Shown one piece after another: positions 11,824 to 21,334 of a stretch of DNA of 64,000 nt. The number at the start of each line of letters is the position of its first letter. The first letter of the stretch is position 1. This DNA comes from Histomonas meleagridis 2922-C6/04-290x (Eukaryota > Protista > Parabasalia). The notes beneath the pieces are model-generated. The model was not told the DNA's origin. It saw nothing but the letters and a program-made list of their open reading frames with translations, and did not search any database. A program made the translations under genes and the position numbers. Location of the stretch: assembly GCA_020184695.1 (NCBI GenBank), contig JAANOX010000002.1, positions 186,001-250,000 of the forward strand. The letters run 5' to 3'.

Positions 11824-13767
11824 TTAATCAACTTCTTCAACACGTGGTCCTGATGAGTGTCCACTATTTGCTGATGCTCCACTTCCTTCTTGCATGTTCG
11901 CGCCTGGCATTCCGCCTTGTGCGCCGCCTGCTGCATGTTGATAAGCAGATTGCATAATTGGCATCAGTTTGCCTTCGAGTTCCTTCTGCTTCGCTTCGAT
12001 TGTCGCGACGTCTGCATCTTGGTTAGACTCGATCCATGCAAGTGTGTCGTTGATTTCTCTGTTGATTGTGTCCTTATCTGATTGTGACAATGCGTTAGCG
12101 AACTGCTCTTGATTTAATGAGTTACGTACGCCGAAGCAGTATCCTTCGAGTGCGTTCTTCGCTTCCACTTTCTTACGCACTTCTTCATCTTGTGCTTTGT
12201 ATTTCTCTGCGTCTGCAACCATTTTATCGATATCTGCTTGTGAAAGACGTCCTTTCTCATTCTTAATCGTGATCTTCTTCACGTTACCTGTTGACTTATC
12301 TTGTGCCGAAACGTTCATAATACCATCTGCGTTAACATCGAATGTAACTTCAATCTGTGGCACGCCGCGTGGTGCTGGCGGAATGCCTGTTAAATCGAAT
12401 GTGCCAAGTAAGTTGTTGTCGCATGTTCGCGAACGTTCTCCTTCATAAACTTTGATTGTAACAGCGGGCTGATTATCTGAGAACGTTGTGAAGACATTTG
12501 ACTTCTTCGCTGGAATTGTCGTGTTACGTGGAATGAGCACAGTCATCATTCCGCCCGCTGTTTCGATACCTAATGAAAGTGGTGCAACATCTAACAATAA
12601 AATATCTTTCACTGTGTCTGATGTATCGCCTTTGATAATTGCCGCTTGTACTGCTGCGCCATATGCAACTGCTTCATCCGGATCAACACCACGGCATGGC
12701 TGCTTGCCATTGAAGAAGTCTTGTAACAATTGTTGGACACGTGGAATACGTGACGAACCTCCAACTAAAACTATATCGGTGACATCTGACTTCGACATGT
12801 TCGCATCCCTTAATACTTGTGCAACTGGATTCATTGTTGACCTGAAAAGTTCATCATTTAAGTTCTCAAACATTGCACGTGAAATGTTATCCATGAAATC
12901 ATGACCTTCATATAATGAATCGCAGACAATGGATGCGGATGTGGCTGTGGATAATGTTCGCTTAGCTCGTTCGCATGCTGTTCGTAATGTACGGAGTGCA
13001 CGTGGCGATTGTCTTAAATCACATTTGAACTTCTTCTGGAATCGATCTGCAAAGTAATTAACCATACGGTTATCGAAGTCTTCGCCGCCAAGATGTGTAT
13101 CGCCTGCTGTGGCACGAACTTCGAACATGCCGCCATCGATATCAAGTAATGAAACATCAAATGTACCGCCGCCGAGATCAAATATTAAAACATGACGCTC
13201 TTTATCAGATTTCTCATTTAGACCAAATGCAATTGCGGCAGCTGTTGGCTCATTAATAATACGTAATACATTTAATCCGGCAATGACGCCTGCATCTTTT
13301 GTGGCTTGACGTTGACCATCATTGAAATATGCTGGAACTGTAATAACTGCATCTTTGACTTTATCTGTAAGTTGACTTTCTGCAATTTCCTTCATTTTAC
13401 CTAAAACCATAGCTGAGATTTCTTCTGGATAAAATTGTTTTGTTTCACCTTTCCATTGGACTTGAATCCTTGGACGATCTGCTTCACCACGAACAACTTT
13501 AAATGGCCAATGTTGCATATCTTTTTGAACAACTGGATCACTAAATTTACGGCCAATCATACGCTTGGCATCAAATACTGTGTTTGTTGGATTCATGGCT
13601 GCTTGGTTCTTTGCGGCATCACCAACAAGTCGTTCATCTTCTGTAAATGCAACATAAGACGGTGTTGTACGATTACCCATATCATTTGCTATAATATCAA
13701 CACGATTGTGTCTGAAAACACCAACGCAACTGTATGTTGTACCTAAATCAATACCTATAGCTGACAT
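11824..13767 (-). CDS. HSP70: Cytosolic Hsp70
   Basis: [18 protein letters not shown]-terminal EEVD; Inr TCATT just upstream (13776-13780). Confidence 0.98.
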   Translation of the reverse strand: MSAIGIDLGTTYSCVGVFRHNRVDIIANDMGNRTTPSYVAFTEDERLVGDAAKNQAAMNPTNTVFDAKRMIGRKFSDPVVQKDMQHWPFKVVRGEADRPRIQVQWKGETKQFYPEEISAMVLGKMKEIAESQLTDKVKDAVITVPAYFNDGQRQATKDAGVIAGLNVLRIINEPTAAAIAFGLNEKSDKERHVLIFDLGGGTFDVSLLDIDGGMFEVRATAGDTHLGGEDFDNRMVNYFADRFQKKFKCDLRQSPRALRTLRTACERAKRTLSTATSASIVCDSLYEGHDFMDNISRAMFENLNDELFRSTMNPVAQVLRDANMSKSDVTDIVLVGGSSRIPRVQQLLQDFFNGKQPCRGVDPDEAVAYGAAVQAAIIKGDTSDTVKDILLLDVAPLSLGIETAGGMMTVLIPRNTTIPAKKSNVFTTFSDNQPAVTIKVYEGERSRTCDNNLLGTFDLTGIPPAPRGVPQIEVTFDVNADGIMNVSAQDKSTGNVKKITIKNEKGRLSQADIDKMVADAEKYKAQDEEVRKKVEAKNALEGYCFGVRNSLNQEQFANALSQSDKDTINREINDTLAWIESNQDADVATIEAKQKELEGKLMPIMQSAYQHAAGGAQGGMPGANMQEGSGASANSGHSSGPRVEEVD

Positions 13768-13896
13768 AATTAAAAAATGATCTTATGAATACATTTTTTG
13801 GTTGAGCATTTACTAATTCAATTTAAATTCGACCATTTAAAGTATTGAAATTATAAAGTTCAAAGTTCATCGGTTTTGGCATTTTTTGGTAAAGCA

Positions 13897-15663
13897 ATGG
13901 CATGTTCCAAAATGTTTGTTGAATGCGAAATATTCGAACCTCTTCTTAGCGTACAGACCGCCCTTCAAGATTTAACTTCTTCTACGCTTGATTATTCAAT
14001 TTTTTTGATATCTGACTTCATTTCTAAACATCCAGGAAACGAACTAGATGTTATTCGTTCAATATACAAGATATCAGAGACCAAGTACCACGAAATAGAG
14101 CAATTTGTCGAACTTGTTAAACAACTTCATCTAGAAGATCTTATTTGTCGAAATTTATTTTATGGTTTTTCTCAACATGCACTTTATTTTATTCAAGCTC
14201 TTATTCATTCCGGAATTGTAAGCCAATCTATTTATGACAAAGAACTTAAGAATCCAAATAAAAATTATCCAGAAATTTACAATCAAAAATTTCACCAAAA
14301 GGATGATTCCCATATAACACAAGTTTTATCTTCAATTATTGACAAAGATGATTCTGATTCACTTCAAGAATATTTATCATCGCCATCAATCTCTATTAAC
14401 TATGAATTTCCATCTATGCCACATCTAAACAATGTCACAAGTCCAATCAAATGGCAAGTAAGTCTTATAAATTATTCTGCATATCGTGGCATGTCAAAAT
14501 GCTTTAAATTTCTTTTACTTAATGGGGCCAAACTTATCACCGATGGCACCTTAACGTCAATGACATATGCAGTTTATGGCGGTAATCTCGAAATCATACA
14601 TATTCTCGAATCGCAAATTAAGATTCATCCCGAAGATATTTGTGGTGCAATTTATAACCATCACAGAGAAGTATTTGACTGGATAATAACTAATTTAGAT
14701 TGCGATGGAATAAGTAAAAAAATTGTTAACGTCTGTCTCCAAAGTGATTTTCTTTATGGACTTACGAAAGTTCAAACAGAAGTTTCGATTGATGAAATAT
14801 TTTATTCACTTGTAAAGCAAAATAACATTGAGTTTATGAAAGTACTTCTTAAAAATCATGGAAATGAAATCACACATATTCGAACTGTTAAAGGTTACAA
14901 CACAAAAATGAGCACTGTTTGTTATAGTGGGAACGTTGATATGTTTAAACTTTTATATGAACATTATTCAGATCAAATCGATATCGACTTAATTTTCGAC
15001 TCCGTAATTAAATCGCAAAATCTCGATTTTATAAAGTATTTTGTTAATGAGTTCCATCCTAATATGTCAGCAAAAGGAACTCAAGGTTATACTCCTATAT
15101 TAAGGGCATGTGAATTAAATGATTTTGATATCTTTGAGTATCTTTCTCAACAAAATGGTGTTGATTATACAATCACGAATGATTATGGTATGAATTGTCT
15201 TTTTTTGTGTTGTAAAAATGGTAACTTTGAGATTTTTAAGAAATTAATGGAAATTCCAAGTATTGATATTAATAAAGAAACATGTGATGGCTTTACTGAA
15301 ATAAATCCTTTGGGATGTGCAATGGAGAACAATAGAATAGAATTTGTAAAAATAATTTTAAATGATCCAAGAATAATCCCTAATATAAGAACTTGGTATA
15401 ATGCACAACATTTTAATTTTAAAAATAGTCATTTTGCAATTGCTTTACGATGTGAATCGCAAGAAATAATGGAATTGTTATTAAAACATCCTAAAATGAA
15501 AATAACTTTGGATGAAAAGAATATGGTGTTAAAAAGTTATCCGAAAATATCAAAAGAAATCATAGATAATGTAAAAATTCGAAATGTCGATAATTATGAC
15601 TTATTGGATTATTGTTATAATGAGGAAGAAGGTCCTCCTTTAATAGATATGGAAAACGAATAA
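13897..15663 (+). CDS. DUF3447-like/ankyrin repeat protein, uninterrupted
   Basis: SLINYSAYRGMSKCFKFLLLNGA...AVYGGNLEIIHIL followed by contiguous ankyrin repeats; first ATG at 13897 (ORF track begins at TTG 13876). Confidence 0.85.
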   Translation: MACSKMFVECEIFEPLLSVQTALQDLTSSTLDYSIFLISDFISKHPGNELDVIRSIYKISETKYHEIEQFVELVKQLHLEDLICRNLFYGFSQHALYFIQALIHSGIVSQSIYDKELKNPNKNYPEIYNQKFHQKDDSHITQVLSSIIDKDDSDSLQEYLSSPSISINYEFPSMPHLNNVTSPIKWQVSLINYSAYRGMSKCFKFLLLNGAKLITDGTLTSMTYAVYGGNLEIIHILESQIKIHPEDICGAIYNHHREVFDWIITNLDCDGISKKIVNVCLQSDFLYGLTKVQTEVSIDEIFYSLVKQNNIEFMKVLLKNHGNEITHIRTVKGYNTKMSTVCYSGNVDMFKLLYEHYSDQIDIDLIFDSVIKSQNLDFIKYFVNEFHPNMSAKGTQGYTPILRACELNDFDIFEYLSQQNGVDYTITNDYGMNCLFLCCKNGNFEIFKKLMEIPSIDINKETCDGFTEINPLGCAMENNRIEFVKIILNDPRIIPNIRTWYNAQHFNFKNSHFAIALRCESQEIMELLLKHPKMKITLDEKNMVLKSYPKISKEIIDNVKIRNVDNYDLLDYCYNEEEGPPLIDMENE

Positions 15664-16268
15664 TTGTAAATTTTAACATTCGTTTGATTTTTGTTTTTAT
15701 AATAAAATTATTTTGTTTTTATTAAATTTTATCTTTAGTATAAATACTTGAAATTTGATGTTAGGAATTGAAATAATTAGAAATTATGTGTATAAGCTTT
15801 TTTCGTAGATAAACTTTTAATTAAATTTATAAAATTATTTCGTTTATTATGTATTGGTATATATACATTCTTTAGATAATTAGAAACCATCATGTTTTTA
15901 TAATAAAGTGGTTTTTTTATTATGATTCATTTAAATACTTTATCATGATATTGATGTTATATCCCAAATTATTATTTTCTTTTATATATATATATATATA
16001 TATATGAATTGATTTTATGTTTAATTAAATTAATCTCATCTATTTAAAATTAAATCAAGTTTACAAAAAACTAATTTAAATAATTTCTTCTAACAAGATT
16101 TCGCTTAAGAGCAAACAATTTTATTTTCAAAAGATTATCTCCATTATCAAGCATATACCCAAACACAATTTTCAAAATTTAGAATATATATAGTTCATGA
16201 AAGATTTTAATTTATTATCAATAGTTTAGTTTAATTATTTGTGTACAATATTAAATTCTATATTCATT

Positions 16269-18228
16269 TTATTTATTAATTTTTTGATTATCTGCTATAG
16301 CAGATTCAATATTAAATCTTTTTAATAAATTTCAAAAATTATTATGAAACATCAAATTATTGTAACAATTTTTATATATAACAAATAAATATCTATTGAA
16401 GTGGCATCAATTCCTTCATGCTCAAGAAGTAGTTTTACTATATCTCTGTGATCATAGAATGCTGCTTTCATAAGTGCTGTATAAAATTGTATAAATAATT
16501 TCCAAATATTATATTTAAATAAAAAATCATTAAAACAAATTTTATATAAAATAAACAAACATCTTTAGCATTGACATCAATTTCTTTTTGTTTAAGAAGT
16601 AATTTTACAATTTCTGTGTTACCTTTATAAGATGCATAAAATAATGCGTTCCAAAATATATTACACAATTTCCAAACATTAAATAAAAATTTTTAATTAT
16701 TTCAAAAAACTTTAATTAAAATAAAAAAATATCAACATCATTGATATTAATTTCCTTATTATCAAGAAGCAATTTAACTATATCTATATTTTTTTCATAA
16801 GATGCCATCATGAGTGCTGTTTTAAATAATTTAAATGATTTCCAAATATTATTTTTAAATAGAAAATTTCAAAAATAAATTCTAAATAAAACAAAGAAAT
16901 ATTTTTAGCATTAACATCAATTCCTCCTTGTTTAAGAAGTAATTTAACTATTTCTTTATGGCTATTTTCAGATGCACTCATAAGTGCTGTTCTAAATTTT
17001 GTGAATAATTTCCAAACATCATTTAAAAATATTATAAAATCGTAAAAATAAACATCAAATAAAACAAATAAAAATCTTTAGAATTAATATCAACTCCATC
17101 TTGCTTCAAAACATATTTAACAAGTTCAATATTTCCTGATTCTGAGGCAAAAACGATTATGTTTGTTGGGATTTGATTATATTCAAGAAAGTGTCTTGTT
17201 AGAAACAAATTTCCAATTTTTGCTGTTTCATTTATAACAAATTTATCAATTTTCATTCCTTCTTCTTCCAAAAACAAAAGAATTTCATAATTACTATTAT
17301 TGACACAAAAATAAAACAAATTTTCGTTTAATTTCTCTAATTTATTTTCATAAATGTATTTAAAGATATCATTTTGATGAAACTTAATTGCAGTTTCATA
17401 TGCGCTTTTGAAAGATGAATGATTTTGTTCACAAAAATGAATTATCTCTAAATTTCCACCTGCAATTGCATATTTGCCTGCATTAAATGTATTTGCTCCA
17501 TTCATAAGTAAATATTTAAAACATTTAACTGATCCAAAAAATGCTGCATATTTAATTAAAGAGATAACTTTCTGATTAATGAATGAACATCTTTCATAAA
17601 GTGATGGTTTTATTGTTTGATTAAAATCAAAATCACTTTGTGATGATATTTCTTGAAGTTTTTCGATTTCATCATTTCGAATTATTTTTGCAATTTCATT
17701 TGGATTATGTCCTTCTTTAACATATTTCTTATGTAGTTCCCAATCATTCTTTTTCAAATCTTCATAGTTTTTGATAAAATAATTGTAAAATAGATTGTTG
17801 GAATACTTATCTTTGTTTTCTTCTTTTGTATCATAATGTACAAAATATAATAATTTAAAATTTTCGATAATATTTATATCAATTAAATTATTTTCAAGCA
17901 TTTTATTAATGATATAATATGTTTCTTGTGTATTAATTTTACGTATATAATCTAAAAATATTTCAATGATTTTTGGATAATTTTTATCGAGTTCTTCTTC
18001 TTTTGTTTGAATTATTTTCAAATAATCCAAATATATATTATCTATATTCTTTTGTGAGTAAAACACACAGTATATCAAACTACTTAGTAGAAGATTAAAT
18101 GAATATGGATAATTTGAATCAAATAATTTCATGGTTTGCTGAATTGAAGAATCAAAATATTCCTCCTTTAAATTAAATATAACGTGATAAAGTGTCTTAA
18201 GTATATCCATGTAATTTGATTGAAACAT
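16269..18228 (-). CDS. DUF3447-like/ankyrin gene A, spacer-interrupted (5 cores, 5 spacers, short terminal segment)
   Basis: N-terminal ORF 18228-17032; ankyrin cores start at 17163, 16990, 16820, 16650, 16480; terminal IESAIADNQKINK* from 16310; spacers 83, 80, 80, 80, 80 nt. Confidence 0.7.
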
Positions 18229-18604
18229 GGAATTCGCTTGGAAATACGTGTTTTAACTTTTACCTATTCAAAATTTTAACAGTCGTGTCAAAATGTTAAA
18301 CGGAATTTCGTTACAGTTTAAATTCCGGTGAAAATTAATAAAATATCCACAATAAGCATAAAGAATTGAGATAAACACACATAATAAATTACTCTTTATT
18401 ATTTATTCATAATATTGATTTTATATTCACATGATGAATAAGTTGACATATATTTAAAAACAAATGTTTTGAGTTTATTCAATAGTACTTTTCTAGGAAA
18501 GTCAATTTCCATATTCTTGCTAAACAGGGAAATAAATTGAGCTAGTAATTGCAGAATTCATTTTTCGTTCACAAGAAGAAAAATGCGGCGGTTATCAACT
18601 GAAA

Positions 18605-20152
18605 ATGTGTCAAAAATCAAAAGAAAAAGAAAAAATGAATTTTAAGGTACAGCTTGGACTTGGAAATAATAATTGGTTTGATACAACCCTAAGAGTTTGC
18701 CAAAAAGAAAGTGAAATATATCTTGAATTTGGTGAGCCTGACTCAGATCCAATCATCTCAGATCGATTCTATTCTTTTAATCAAATTGAAGTTAGCGAAT
18801 CACGTATTATACTTTGTGGTTCTACAACACGGACGATTCGTTTTCAAAATGGAAGAGACCTTTCTAATGTTTGGCTATTTCTTCAAAAATTTATTTCATT
18901 CCCTACAGTACGTGGCCCAAACGAAATGTTTTCAATTTCTCCAAAAGCAAATACCGAAAACAACCAAGAATCAGAAAATAGGATTCCTTTATCACCTTTA
19001 ATTTTAAAACGAAATAAAGAATTTGAAAGGAATTGCACAATACCTGAAATTGAAACAGAGGCCAAAATCGATTTTGCTAATTCTTCATCGATCTCATTTT
19101 TATCATCAATTCAAACAGAAGTCACACGCACTCGGTTAAAATCCATTTTAACAGAAGAAGCAAAAACTCTTAATCCATCATACCTTTTCTCCACACTCAA
19201 ATTCACCAAAAAATCATATGCACAATTATTCGAAACAAAATTAATCACTGGAGATTTTCAAATTCTTCTCGCTGACTTCAAGAAACTTCATTCTCAATGG
19301 AAGAATCTTCTTGAAGATCAATGGAAAAATAATTCAAAACTCCGAAAATATGTAGCTGACCTTGAAAATGCAATCGAGAGCAGTAACATCCAATCCGAAA
19401 CGATGCGACTTGTTCTCCATGACTCATTAGTTTCGTGTATGTATTTTTATGGGGAAGTTCAACAACGATAGAAAAGTGACGATCCACTTTTGAATCAAAC
19501 CGTTCTATCGTCGAGACTTTTCCAATTTAGAAAATCCTAACCCACAGTATATTTCCTTCGTTCTAAATTCACTCTCACTCCTCTTTTGTTCCAACTAAGT
19601 ACCATCTTTTTGCAAACATATTTTGTTGGCGCAGTTAATTCTAATAAAATCATATCACAAGATGGAACCGAGAAAACCTTTGAAGAAGCATGCGCAATGG
19701 TATTCTACTCCATCCAAAACTTCTACAATGTTTTCCTTGAGGTTGCATCTAAGGATTACATATTTCCAGATTTCACATATGTTCTCAATATTATTAAACA
19801 ACGCATTATGCCTCACTCCCCTGAAATATCGCACTTCATCACTGCAAATAACATCCAAAATGGCGAATTTTTGGAAAAGCAATATCTTGAATCGTTCATC
19901 TTCCAACGTTCACTAGAGGACGCACAAACAATGATTGCTGCGCTTTTGCTCTTTGATAAGCCGCAAAACTTCATGACAATGTTTGTAGCGACGGTGATTG
20001 CCGAACTTGATAATCGCATTGGCGACAACTCTCATACACAGCCGGAAACATTTAAGCAAATTATGCAGTCTGAGGTGAAGGAAATAAGCTTCCAGTTGTT
20101 GTTTTTCAATGTCGATAGACTGATTATATTCTTCCAAGCAAATCCGAAATAA
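18605..20152 (+). CDS. Two-exon hypothetical protein (possibly degenerate TBC/RabGAP-like)
   Basis: Removing intron 19437-19547 joins ORFs 18605-19471 and 19586-20152 in frame (...HDSLVS-LYFLRSKFTLTPLLFQL...). Confidence 0.75.
19437..19547 (+). other. Canonical trichomonad spliceosomal intron (111 nt)
   Basis: 5' GTATGT; 3' CCTAACCCACAG matches the fused branch/acceptor consensus ACTAACACACAG at 10/12 positions with identical spacing; contains an in-frame TAG; splicing restores the ORF. Confidence 0.88.
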
Positions 20153-20482
20153 AATAGTTTTTTAAGCATTTTTGAGACAAAGATATCTTCAAATTGGATC
20201 TCGCTTTCTATTTTTATATTTTTAAACTATGTACATCTGATTTTGGAAAAAATTCTTTTCAATATCTTTCATCCAATTATATCATCGAACGCCACAATAA
20301 CAGAAGTTGTGAAGAATAAAATGATGTGTTGTGAATAGAACCTTGCAATGTGCAATGAGATCAGATTAAATTTTTGAAACCATTTAATTTACAATAGATA
20401 TTTGTCACATTGACAAAAATAATTTCAAAAATTTAGGAATAAGTGTATTAAACGCTATTTTTTATTCATTTGATTCCGATGT

Positions 20483-21286
20483 TTAAATTGTCACTTTTCT
20501 TGTCGGCCGTTTAAAGTTATGATCCTCAAAAAAGATTGCAGGAGCAAAAGGAATGGATGTGTTTGTTCGAATCTTCCAGCGTTCTTTGATTAATCCCACC
20601 GAACTAGAATCCAAAGCATCATTCATTTCTTTGGAATAATAAAAGTCATCTGAAGTAAATGAAACATTTCCAAAAATTTCAGGAGAATGTTCTATGAGAA
20701 TTGTGACAACTTTGTTTTGCATTGGGCTTTCGAGCAATATTGTTTGTTTATCTGCTATTTCGGATGCAAGAATATTTGGAGCAATACAAATTGCAAGATT
20801 TCCATATGTCATTTTGTTAACTTCAGAGTTTTCCCCAATTTCATGAAGGAAGTCCATTAGATATGCAAGCGTTTTGTAGCGACTTGGTGATAAATCTAAA
20901 CATATTTTTTTGATTCGTTCAAGGACAATTTCTTGATCTGGAATGTTACCGACAGCAACAATAAGGTCATAAAGTTCATATGTCATCAATGGATCTTTCT
21001 TTGCGATTTCTCTTAGATAACTTTTTAATGCGCAAGCAACTTCGATTTGGTTATAACAAGACCAATCTTTTACATGCAAAGTATCAATTTCATTCAATAA
21101 TCTGCTAATATTAACTGATGAACCACTTAATCGAAAGATACCGGGAACATTTTTTGCATCAAGTTCTCTTAACCTTTCAATCAGGAGTTTCATTACATAT
21201 GGAATCTTATCTCCATATTCATTAAAAGTCATTTGTAAATAATGTGGTCTTTCTTGCTTTTCTGCTTTTTCTTGTCCTGCTTTCAT
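20483..21286 (-). CDS. RhoGAP domain protein
   Basis: IPYVMKLLIE, GIFRLSGS, ACALKSYLREI, NKMTYGNLAICIAPNIL. Confidence 0.92.
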   Translation of the reverse strand: MKAGQEKAEKQERPHYLQMTFNEYGDKIPYVMKLLIERLRELDAKNVPGIFRLSGSSVNISRLLNEIDTLHVKDWSCYNQIEVACALKSYLREIAKKDPLMTYELYDLIVAVGNIPDQEIVLERIKKICLDLSPSRYKTLAYLMDFLHEIGENSEVNKMTYGNLAICIAPNILASEIADKQTILLESPMQNKVVTILIEHSPEIFGNVSFTSDDFYYSKEMNDALDSSSVGLIKERWKIRTNTSIPFAPAIFFEDHNFKRPTRKVTI

Positions 21287-21334
21287 TCGAATGGTTCAAT
21301 TTTAAAAACGGTTTTTTACCGTCAAATATCAAAA
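21287..21334. promoter_or_regulatory. 48-bp bidirectional promoter with M3-like motifs
   Basis: Divergent ATGs at 21286 (-) and 21335 (+); AACGGTTT at 21307-21314 matches trichomonad M3 (RRCGGTTK); inverted ACGGT/ACCGT pair. Confidence 0.55.

Noticed and set aside
11890-13746. Plus-strand ORFs over Hsp70, and similar ORFs over actin, MCM2, RPS9, the Mybs and the RING gene
   Set aside because: Antisense or alternate-frame shadows of conserved genes, with no recognisable motifs.
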